Part shown: in pieces, positions 53,279 through 64,000 of the stretch | How positions within the stretch are numbered: the stretch's first letter is position 1 | Layout of the letters: each line of letters opens with the position of its first letter | Assembly: GCA_036172245.1 (NCBI GenBank) | Contig: JAYWIR010000024.1 | Coordinates: forward strand, 2,480,001 to 2,544,000 | DNA: 64,000 nucleotides | Reading direction: 5' to 3' | Origin: Raillietiella orientalis | Taxonomy: Eukaryota | Position numbers and translations under genes: made by a program | Notes under the pieces: generated by a model | The model's input: the letters and a program-made list of their open reading frames with translations, nothing else | Databases searched by the model: none | What the model was told of the DNA's origin: nothing

Positions 53279-56200
53279 TGCATATTCTTCTTTGCTGTCT
53301 TGCGGGCACCTTTTTTGTTGTTGTTGTTTTTTTCGCTCTCCCTTCAGAAGGACCAGGGAATTCAAACGCAAACACGGCCTTTGTGAAAGATACAAATTGC
53401 CTCTCGTCGGTATGCATTTCAGCAAGAGGGCTCTCGAGATTTCTTTGTGGCTGCTCTCCTCCCTGCCTGGACATCCTCCGACTCAGCGCCATGGGCTTCA
53501 AATAAATCTCCTTCTCTTCAGAGGTTTCCCTCTCCGCCTGCATGCTGGCGCTGGTCCGTTGCGCGGCGGTATCACGACTGACAGACACTCGCCGGACGGT
53601 TCAATTTATGGCGTGTCCGACTCTGGACAGACTCCCCTCCTCCCTCCTACTCTTCCTCCCTCTTCAGTGGAATGCAAAATTTCCATATTTGAGCAGCCGC
53701 TCTCGCGCCTTGGGATCGATCGATCGCCCGAAGGTATTGCCGCGCTTCTTTTCCGGCTTGCTTCCTTCTGCCCACGACCTCGTCTGATCCTCTTTCTCCC
53801 CCATTTGAGCCACTCCCACCGTCAGAGGGAGTACCGGAAACCCGATCCTGCATCTCGCCGTTTTCTCCCCTCCGTATGGCAGCCGCCTGCACGGATCCCA
53901 AGCCCCGCCTACGGGAGGAGGGGGAGGAGGAAGGAGGTGGATGCTGTGAATGCGGCGGGATTGTGCTTCGGCCAAAGATTCGGTTGAGAGATGAACTCGG
54001 GCCTCCGCTAACCATGGAAGGGCTCAAGATAAAGGGGATGCCGGAAGAGAAGCCGGGTTCCTGATTTCGGCAGGAGGACCTCTGAGGAAACCGTTCGCCT
54101 CACCCTTCTCGTAGGGACTCCTGAATTTTCCGAGTTGCATAGCCTCACCCATTCGTCCGGAAAGCCTGAGCAACCCGCATCTCAGAGGTTTTCTCTTGAC
54201 GCCAACCGGAGGTGTCTTTCTGTCATGCGTCCGCCACCGAGGTCTCAAGACGATGCTTTACGAAGAGACTGTCTTCCTTCCCTCACCACCATTACTCTTC
54301 TCTGCTCAATCTGTGACAATCTGTGCATACCGACGAGTGGGGCATGGAACTCGGACGAAGATCCAACTGGAAAAGGATGCTGCTTCCGCGTGCACATGCC
54401 GACTCTTGTTGATGACGGAGCGGGTCGAGCAACGTCCGGCGTTTTCCATCGAGTCTCCGGAAGTTCTGGAGGAGAATCACTTCATCTTCATAGAGGGGTG
54501 CTGTCGCGCAATTATCAGGAAGGGGGATGATGCCTAAGAAGGTGATGGCTTTTGGGTCGCCCGGTATCCAAGAAACCAAGTCGCAAGGGAAAACTGGCCA
54601 TCTTCGGGAGGGAGACTGGAAGAGCCGAAGCGGGTGCAAAGATTCCTGAGCAGAAGAGGGGATGAATCTCTTCCCCTTCTGCTCATTCAGGGAATGCGCA
54701 CAGCCGCCGCCTCCTGTAGTAGAAGTCCAGCCTTCCGACTGATCGTCACGGCAGCACGCCACAACGCTGCGGCTGGTTTCGGCCCACACTGTCTGGTGCG
54801 CTGGAGGGATGAAACAGGATCCAAGGAGAACGCTCGCCGTATCTTCGTCTCCATGTCTTCTCTCTTTTGTTGTGCTCAAGGGAGAGCCGCTTCAGGTAAC
54901 CCTTTCCTTCCTTCTCTCTCTTAAGCATCCAGAACGGAACTTCAAGACGTCCTCCCTAAGCCTTGTAATTGCGAACAGTTCCTTCATGGGGATCGCTTGC
55001 CGTTTCTACGGCCCTTTCGATCAGTGGGCAACATACTATGGTCGCTTCTTCCTCTTGACGAGTCGAGTTCGTTCCGGGAGGGAAAGGTCACCTGGAGTTT
55101 TGAAAAAGGGAAGGACAACAAGGGAAAGACTGAGCCCACCATGGAGTAGGCCGTAGTATGGGGTCTTCTACAGAGAATCTGATTGCAGCCATTCGTTTTG
55201 GCGGTGGATCGGTTTTGAAGGTCGTCGAAGCTACACTGACGGGTTGCCACGGAGAGGGCACAAGAGGGAAAGGTCAGTTGGAATGAACAGAGGTCCGCAG
55301 GGCTAGCACTCAAGATCAAAGGGAATCGGAGCGAAGAGGGTCCAGTGGAGATGGAGGAGCAAGAGGAGACAGCAAGAGAGCTCAGCGGTGAGACTGAAGA
55401 AACTCGAGGACGGCATTTCCATCAAAAAGAAAGCATGGCAGTGATACAGGCAACAGGAGGGGAAAGTGATGTAGGGGGAACAGGGCGTACCGTCGCTGCC
55501 TCTGGAAGAGGGGCACCTTTTTGTGAGGAGAGGATGAGGAAAGAGGGTGAGAAGAGGGGGGAGTGGAGAGGAAGTCTCCAAGCTGCCGATAGGAGTCCGC
55601 GGTAGCCGTCGGAGACGATAGAGACCATGGACCACGGACACAGTCGTAGTCCACAGGGAGAACAAGGTGGAAATTTCTGTTCCCAGGAAGACGTGCAGCA
55701 AGAAGTTCCATCTCCAGCAAAGCGCCCAGGCAGGCAAGCACCGTGCTTGTTTGCTTGCTTTGCCACGCCCTCATCTCAGCGCCGTCCCACGAACTGAACC
55801 GACCTTCCTCCTTTTATTTTTACCCCCCACCTTAGCCCACATGGCGCGGGAGAGCTCTCTCACGGTCGGGGGTGCTCTCTCTGGCCCAAAGCTCCAAGTG
55901 ACAGTCCGGGCAGAGTCGCTTCCCTGGAGTCCCGAAGATGTGCCTGCACGATCCGGCTGCCTTGCGCGCTTCCTGCTCTCGTCTCCTGCTCCCATCTTCC
56001 TTCTTCACTCCTTTGTTCCCAGTTTTCCCCTTTCCCCCATTCCCTTCTCCACTTGGCCTCGTATTTCGAAGCGAAAATGGTGACCTGCAATGGTGACGGT
56101 GGTTTAATTGGTCGAGGTGACGACGGAGCTGGAGGTTCCGCTGGACCCCTCTTTCCTGACGAAGCAAACCCATTCCTATTGTCTCTGCTTGTTGCGGCGG

Positions 56201-59200
56201 CTGCTCCGGAAACGATAAAAAAAAATTCTTCTCCAAAGATGTCATCTCCTCGGACTTCCTGAAGATGTCCAGCTAAGAAAGCATTGTGCTTCCCGAGCGA
56301 GGGAGAATCTTTCGCTGAGGATCCGTTGAGCGAAAGCTGAGCTGACTTCCTCCCCCTCCTTTTGCTTTTCCGTTCCTTCCCTGCTCCTCCGCTTCTCACC
56401 TATTGCTCCCTGTCCATCCTGCTTCGCGGATTCGGGCGTCTTCCGAAACTAAGAACCGTCCGACTCCGACTTGAGGAACCTTTCGCGTCTTCTCCTGAGA
56501 GCCGAAGGTCCACGCCGCCGCGGCAGGAGGCTGCCCGCGTTCCGCAAGCGTTCTGCGGAGGGTGCTTAGCCCGAGCGGGGGTAAAATCGGAGGCACTGAT
56601 TCGTCTCCATAGACCACGCAAATTTTCAGAAGAGGAGCTTTCCCTGGAAGTATTCAGAGGAGCAGCAGCCCCAGAGCCGAAGGATAGACAGGGAAGAGAG
56701 AAGGAAGACCCAGGTTACAGCTCCCATATCAGATTGTGGATCCTGGAGGGGGGGGGAGATTGACGAGGCTGGCATTCATCCCGCTGGAAGGGCTTCGAAG
56801 TTTCATCTCAATACGAAAGTGACCATCGGTTACTCGCGATCCCACGCCAGATGTACCCTCTCTATGGGGGGGGGGGAGGGACTTGGGTGGCAGACAACGC
56901 GATCCAAGCTGTGCGCCGCATCTGACCTCGTCGATGACTCCCTATGACCTGCCAGTCAGTCTCCTTACCAGAGATGTACGGAGAACGACTCCTTTTTAGG
57001 GGAAAGGCCACGTGGACGGCGCTGAGATGGTGGGTCGCGCGCGCGCAAGCGGTTGGTCTCAGAGCAGACAGCGAGGGAGAGAGATGGCTTTTCCGAGGTT
57101 TCTTCGTGGCCGAGTTCCGGGCCCAGGCGTTCGCCTACGCGGCATCTTCGAGCAAAGGTCTTCTGGACCGATAGCTCCTTTTACTGAGACGGGTTGCTGG
57201 TGCCGGGAAGGTCCTACGGGGGAGCGCGCCGTGACTTCCGAAAACGTGCCGGGGGGAATACCTGTGCGAGGTTTCTTCTGCGGTCTCGTAGCCTCCGCGC
57301 ACGCCAAGTTTCTTTCAGCAGCCCTTTCTCGCTTCACGTTTCCCCGGAGGAGGGGGGGGCGGGGGAGGAAAGGAAAAGAAAGAAACGTCAAAATCTCGAG
57401 CTGTGACGTCAGGATGATGATGCAAACGCAATTCAAGACCGCGTTCCACCTTCCACGTAATGATGCGGAAAAAATCGAAAATGGACGCGCCGCAGCCGCC
57501 CAATTTCATGTCTCATCGCTGGGGCGGCGGCGTCGGCGGCGGTGGCGGCGGCCGCCGTTGCCGCCGACGCCCGCCTGCTACCTCCAGGTGCTGCCGCCAT
57601 GCGTGCGGAATCGGCAGAGCGAGCAGGCTGGCCGGCAGGCGGGCAGACGCGCGCGCGCGCACGCGCAGTTCGGTGCGGAAAGGACGACGGCGGTGCCTCT
57701 CGGAATTCGGGAGAGATCAGTGCCTCTACAGGAAGGAAGGACAGGCGCGCGCGCGCGGAAGCATTCCCGACGATGCGGTTCCGAAGGAGCGTCACTTCCG
57801 AATTTCAGATTCGGGGAGCAAGGAAAAGGGAAGGAGGAAGAGAGGCGATCGGCAGCGGCCCCTGAGCCGCGGGTCGAACAGGCACCGCTCTTTTCGAGGC
57901 GTCTTTTCGAGCTGCCCCCCAGCCGCCGTCGGTAATCGAGGTGAGGGGTGGGTGGGGTACGGTAGGGGGGCGGCATCGGCGCTCCTTTTTCAAGACCAGG
58001 TCCGTCTCGACGGGCCCGCCCTGAACTTTTTTCGGAGACGAATCCACCAGAGGGGAGGCAGCAGACCTCCGTTCCTTGGTTGTGGGGGCGTCTCGCGAAG
58101 AAAGACAGGAAGGAGTAAAAGAAGGAAGGGAAAGAGGAGGCTGCCGTGGAGGTGGGGCGCCTCCTCCGAGTCGGTGTAGACGAGTAATGAATGAGTGTGA
58201 CGGCGGCGGCTCCGAGTAGCACCAGAACTTAAAGGGAGCCGTGATGGAGCTTCCGTGTCAGAATTCCACAGTAGCCGGAATCGTAAAAAGAGCGCTTAAG
58301 AAACGCTCAGGGGAAGGGAGAGAGAGAGAGAGAGAGAGAGAGGAAGGGGAAAGGAGGGCGGAATCTCTGGTCCAGGATCTTTTTTTTTTCTTTTTAGCTC
58401 TCAGCAGCTCGGTACGATCAGCACTGCTACTGGAGCGCTGAAACCGCTCTAATTGGAATTGAAAGAGTTGGGGTTGCCGACGGTGATGATCTTGATGATG
58501 ATGGCGGAGGCAATAATGATGAGCGGGGGGAGGTGGAGGGGAGATGAAGAAGGAAGATTCGCGAATACGTTTCCTGCTCCAGCGCTTCCCTAGGCTTGCC
58601 CCCCTGATTCTCCTTCGTCTTGGGGGCCAGAGGGAAGGATCGGACAGGAGGGAGGACGAAATATCGTTTCAGAAAGAACCTCACCCACCCTTGAGAGCGT
58701 CACACTGAAGAGAGATTCAGAGGCTGTGCCAATAATGATGGTGAACTGTCTAAACACCCACCGTAAACATCAATAAAAGCTTCACGACGAACGGCGCAAG
58801 TGAGAAAAAAAAGAGGAGGAGGGGGGGGGGAGAGGAAGGGAGAGAGAGGGAGAGATAGAGAAAAAAGAATGAGAAGAAGGAAGGTGGGCAGCAGTAATGA
58901 ACAATTCATCACGACGAAGGCCTGGAAGAAAAAGATGGCCCACCAAGCGGAAATGAGCGCTGTCAGAATTCTCATCCTAATGGCTTTCCTCGCATTCGTC
59001 AACAGCCGCTGCGCCTCGGTCTTTGATTTATCATGAAGAGAATTATTAGCGGCGGCCTCGTCAGCTTTTCCGTGGATTCGCAATTAAAGGAACGGAAGGA
59101 CCACGTGGTCACGGCAGTGAGGCTGCAAAGACCTGCCTCTGCTGATGCCTCTCGAAACGCCAGAGGACAACTCTGCTTCCCGGTCGCAGGGAACGTTCCC

Positions 59201-59600
59201 AAGGGGAAACGTTCGCGCTACCTCCCTTTCCCTTCCTCCTCCCTGTTGCTCCACCCCGGCTCAGGGAGAGACAGCCTCTCCGCCGATGCCCTTCCTGGAC
59301 ATCGTCGAGGGAGGCGTGTACCCTGAGCTCGCGCTCACTCTTCGGAGCATTCCAGAACCTCCCCGGTCGCCGGCTAGAGATTTCTTCTCGTTTCCCCATT
59401 TGCTCCCGCCCCTTCGATCTATCCCGGGAGCGGGTTCCTGCTCAGAATCGGGGCAATGCTTGCAAGGGAAACGGTCCCTGGTTCCCTCTGAGGGTAGCAT
59501 GAGTCAACCGGAGACATCGGGAAGAGCCCGGTCTTCAGCCTTGTACGAGCTGGCGGAAGCAATCTGATCGTCGCCTCACCTCCTCTCTCTCTTGTCCTTT
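50500..59600. promoter_or_regulatory. Long CpG/GA-rich, transposon-poor putative cis-regulatory block
   Basis: (GA)n tracts near 52573, 53250 and 58320, (CA)n near 53014, (CG)n and (GGC)n near 57520-57760. Clustered TAAT/TTTAT motifs. No credible exon found. Confidence 0.4.
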
Positions 59601-59899
59601 TCCCTCTCTCTTTCTCCTTCCTCAACCATTGGAGGCAGGACCCCACTGCTCTTAAAACCGGGGAGCATTCGCTCAGACGCAGGGAAACGGGTGCGCAGCA
59701 TGGCCGACTCCACGGGATGCGGGACCTGAGTCCGTCCGAAGGCACTCCAGGCTACAGAAACAACAACGGCGGATGGCGCAGAAGGCAAACGTGGCAAAGC
59801 TGATTTCAGAAATACTGAGGGGCACACGTGAGGATCCGTTCGAAAGCAAGGAAGGGGGCGTGTGGGTTCCAACGAAGATCGTCGTCTTGCACCAGCATC

Positions 59900-62800
59900 C
59901 AGTAGGGAGTGAGGAGGCAGTCAGGAAATTTCTGTGAGTCTCCCGCGTTTTCGCGGAAGTCGAATCTCTTCTCTGGGACGGAAACTGAATAAGCCGCAGA
60001 CGTAGTCCCTGCAAGTAGGGAGCACCCTGGGAAATCGAGAATCCCCGTGAGCCATGCGGGCAGCGAGTTCTAGAGGGAGTCCATCGGAGGTGGTGTTCAA
60101 GACGACGACGTCCGATCCCTTCTAGCAACAAACAAAACGCTTAGCCTCCTCTTCAGAAGACAAAGTGCTCCTTGTCGGAGGTTTTCCCATCCTAGATAGG
60201 GTCCATAAATCCGTCACCTTCATTGTTCCCTGTCTGGAGGGAAGGGCAACGCCGAGAGTCCTGGGAAAGGACTGGACTCGAAGAGTATTTCCTCCGGATC
60301 AGTTATTGCGTGAGTATGTAGTCGCACCGGCCGTAGGAGACGACCAGCTGCTTAGCATCTCCTACTCCTCAGAGAAGCATGCGGAGGGAGCTGGAAGAAG
60401 AAGGGCCTCTGGGACGCGACTGTCAGTTCACGAGGCACGTGCACTCCCGCTTCTGCCCCTTCTTTGCCCTGAGGAACTCACGCCCCACCCGGCGCGAACT
60501 CCTCCTCTGAACTCCTTTTTTCAACATACCGGAAACCACGAGAGCGCGTGCAGGAAAACCTCGCCCCTCACTGGGGCCGGTGCTCTCTCGTCGGGAGTGC
60601 TGCACTACCGCGACGCTTCGGACGGGTGGGTGCCGATGAGGCCCACCCCGGAGTCGTCCACGTCCCACTCCTCACAAGTCAGGCGAGTAAAGTTTCTGCT
60701 CTCATGTCCGCGAACGGGTGAAGGCATCAGCGCGATTTGGTCTGAGCTTGGAAGGGCACCTTCAGTGGGCCCTCGACTCGACTCAGACGAGGTGTTTCGA
60801 AGGAGCGTGCCCACGATAAGGATCGCTGGAGTAGCCACCGCTCTTTCCTAGAGTGGTCCAAGAGGAACTCCAGAAACCATTTTCAAGTCTGGAAGATTCT
60901 TCTGGTTCGCAGACGGCCTGGGCGCGCAAAACGCAAATTCCCGCTTTCGCACCGGGCTATTCTCCGGAGGGCGCGCGAGGTCCCAGGAACGGAGGACTCT
61001 GGGTCACGTCAGTCTTGCGATACTACTTGGGGAAGCTGAAAGGGATCTTCCACTTGGTCCACGAGGCTTTTCTGAAGTGTGCGTCTCGCAAGCAGACAAG
61101 TCAGCATGTTGTGATCCGGCGCACCGAACCAAAGTCGAGCGGACGGGGTCGGAGGAATGTTCTTTCAGCCCAGAGAAGAGATGTGCAGCAAAGTTCAAAG
61201 TTGCCTTAGCCGCTCGGGAAGAAAGTTACTTGAGATTTAATCCTTTTCTTTTCCCTTAATCCAGCTTGATAGCTTCTCGTCTAATCTTTGCCTTTGAACA
61301 CTCCCTTTAGTCCGGTTTGACCCTCAGGTCACGGTGGGCGAAAGACGGTCATACCCTTTTCATAAGCGATTCTGTAGCCGCGCATCTCCCGGAGCACTCA
61401 TCACCGGGCAGTTGTCATCCTTACGGGAGGTCCTCGAGATTCATGTGAGGGAAAGAATGTGGCTGCACAGCGCCGCTAAGGATGAGTCGGATACTTTCGC
61501 GACGGTAGGTGAACGGTGGCCAGAGCGTTTCCTCCTCTTTCGACTCATCTTGCCTTCAGATCCGAAGGGATCCTCAAGGTGCAAATTTTTCCCTCACGCA
61601 ACGCTTCCCGATTTGTCTTCCCGCAACCGAAACGGCTTGCCTTTCGCACCCCTTCGGGAGATTTTGATTGTTTCTCCTTGAGGACTGGAAACTCCTTTGC
61701 ACTTTCTTCGCTTCTTAGAGAATCGGGCCTAAACTTCCTCTCCTCGGCTCTTGCCTGGTTTCCCTTTATCCGAGAAGAGGACCGTTTTGTCGGGCCATTG
61801 TGTGCAAAGGAGAGGGTTTCAAGAGGAACGCGGAAAACCGGCCCTTTTCAGGCAAAGGGGGCACACGGCGGGACGTCCTATGAGACGACCTTTGATGGTG
61901 GATACCAGAAAACATACATACGCAAAGTCACGTGCTGAGAGCGTTTCCAAGAGCGTTTTGGACCGGAGTGATCCCCCCAGTCCGTTCTCCCTTTGCTCTA
62001 AAGGAAGAACAGACTAGGGGTTCATTCCGGTCCAAAAGGCTCTTGGAAACGATAGACTTGACGTTCTCCACGCGCCTTCCAGCAGGCGTTCCCTGCATCA
62101 CTTCCCGGGTTCTGCTTGCGACTTCCGTTGGGAGACTCGTGGGCTTGAGAAAGACCGTTCCTGCATTGGGGTCTTCCGGCAAAGCCTACAGGCTATCGTG
62201 GTGCACGGTATCTCGCATTCTTGTTCCTGCCTCCCCGGTGCTCGTAATGAGTTTTCCCAGAATCCAAATGACGGGCGGAATCACAAAAGAGACGGTGTTT
62301 TTTTTTTTTTTCTCCATTCTCTGGCTGAGGTTATTAAGATCTGCACACGCCAGTAACTCACTTGAAAGACGTGAACCGGCGCATGCTTGCCCAGGAGGTC
62401 GCATCTAGTGAAACGTCTGCACCAGACGTATGATTTTCGGCTATTTCCTGGAATCCATTTGTGGATTCCGAGCTTCGTTGTGAGAGCAGATGATCGGAAT
62501 GGTCGGGCATGCCGAAAACGCTTGCGTTCGGGAGTTTCGCAATGGCAAGCGGGTTTTTTTTTTTTTTCGCCTCCTTTCGGCGATGGGTTTTCGCCGAAAG
62601 GAGGCAGAAACGCACTGCGCTCCGCTGAAGAGATTTTTAGAGACGTCTGTGGTTTCCGCCAGGACGGGTCGGTGCAGGAGAGCATCTTCTTCGCACAGCC
62701 GGTTAGTTCCTTGATCAGATGTGCGGTTTGCTTCTTCTCGGAAGAGTAAGTTGAGTAAGCGCCTGCCGCCGTCATCGGAGCTCTCGGAAGAATTTTCGTG

Positions 62801-64000
62801 TAGCTTCGTGCATCAGCATTCCCTTGTCCGGTTTCGCATCCTCATCTTCTTTGCTCGAATCTTCGGGCAGCGTCAGAGTTTCCGATTTGCTTGCGCAATC
62901 GCGGCTTTCCTCGCAACCCTCTTTCCACCCCTCCCCCACGCATTTTGTTTTGTGACGTCACAGCTGATGCCTGACCTGGCACCGAGCCCGTAATCTGTGC
63001 CAAAACGCGGAACCGCGGTGGTCCAGGGAGCCCTGTCTCTTCGCAAGGAGTTCATGCCTCAAGCACCCTGTTTTGAGAACAAGACTCTGTCTTTCTGATG
63101 ATCCTATGGTCTCGGGGAAGATGTATCCGAGGAGAACAGAGCCTCTGATGAGCGAGTGGTTTGGTGACGACTGCCTAAGGTGAGGACTCGGTCACGGTGG
63201 GAGCCAATCCAAGTTGTACCGATAGCCATTTAATAAACGAGATGAAACTGCAGAGAACACATCTCGGACTTCGTATCCAAGGTGAGTCTGTCGGGGATGT
63301 TCGACGTGGACAACACAATGAGGGTCAAGACGGAGGGTGGATTAAGAGGGAACGAAGCAACAAGGGAAGAATGTCCTTCTCGAAGATCCGAGTCAGGCAG
63401 GACGGACGGGATGCGCGAAAGGGGCACGGAGAGAAAGAGGGATTGCAGGTTATTGGGTTAAGCCATGCAGTCCGACGCCCGCAAGGTTCTCGATGACTCT
63501 CCGGACTTCAGCCGGGAGACGAAACCACCTTTTGCAGTTGCGATTGATGGAGCTCCGAGTCAAGGCTCTGGCGTTCCTCTCCCGCATCCGGGACATCCGT
63601 GATGGCTCGCACGTGGAACGGTTGAGTGGCTGATCGCGTGTCCGATGCCACAGGTGTATAGCACCGTGCTGGAGATCGCAAACTCAATCCCCGCGACGAA
63701 ATGCTCTCTTCCCTCCCTTCCCTTCCTCTGTCCTCGCCCCTTTCCAAAACGGGACTCGACTGTGGCAGAATGGTAAGGGTGACCGTGCAAGAGCACGACC
63801 GAAGTGCTCACCTCTTGAAAATTTACTGGCCGCAGATTCATTTGCTGAGAGATGAAATTAATTTCGGAGGTCACCCACAGCGGAGGGGTAATTTGTCATT
63901 CGTAACGGTCACATCCACGGTGGTGCATCGCTGCGGCAACTTCCCTTTCCGGGATAGGTGGGGTACTGAATTCACAAGGAACCTTCCCTAAGAGGGCGCC
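59900..64000 (-). mobile_element. Possibly near-full-length decayed L1/Tx1-like element (ORF1, endonuclease, RT), running off the window end
   Basis: Remnants in the expected order on the minus strand: TSVVLLHGHPYH..VESRFG (ORF1-like, ~63750), TDPSWRK and PDHSDHLL (endonuclease D.WR and SDH, ~62480-62680), RRVENVKSI (RT domain 1, ~62060) and KNLPDL (~60890). Confidence 0.6.

Noticed and set aside
57415..57435. TGATGATGCAAACGCAATTCA, resembling miR-219
   Set aside because: The mismatches fall in the seed and I see no precursor hairpin.
1..64000. Prokaryotic systems such as CRISPR arrays, operons, retrons or defence islands
   Set aside because: No regularly spaced repeats or dense coding sequence; microsatellites, SINEs, LINEs and U2 indicate a eukaryotic genome.

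Overview
This is eukaryotic non-coding DNA, probably from a protostome or arthropod (inferred from the U2 and 28S sequence variants). I recognise no intact protein-coding gene; the ORFs in the track are mostly chance frames or frameshifted retrotransposon relics. About 1-33 kb, 39-50.4 kb and 60-64 kb are dominated by decayed non-LTR retrotransposons. These include L1/Tx1-type elements in at least two families (here called A and B), NeSL/Utopia-type elements with a restriction-like endonuclease, and smaller RTE/CR1-like pieces. There are five copies of one tRNA-derived SINE, an AT-rich foldback element and several microsatellites. Two CpG-rich, transposon-poor blocks (about 33.4-38.9 kb and 50.5-59.6 kb) look like cis-regulatory DNA. 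The most notable observations are four. (1) The 3' UTR of LINE family A carries a covarying, possibly pseudoknotted RNA structure seen in four copies. (2) Family-A 3' ends sit antisense at the same nucleotide in two diverged family-B copies, one with a perfect 15-bp target-site duplication. (3) A U2 snRNA 5' fragment is fused to a family-A LINE. (4) A 28S rRNA fragment ends where the protostome hidden break is expected. Family assignments come from motif recognition by eye, not database searches, and most element boundaries are approximate.
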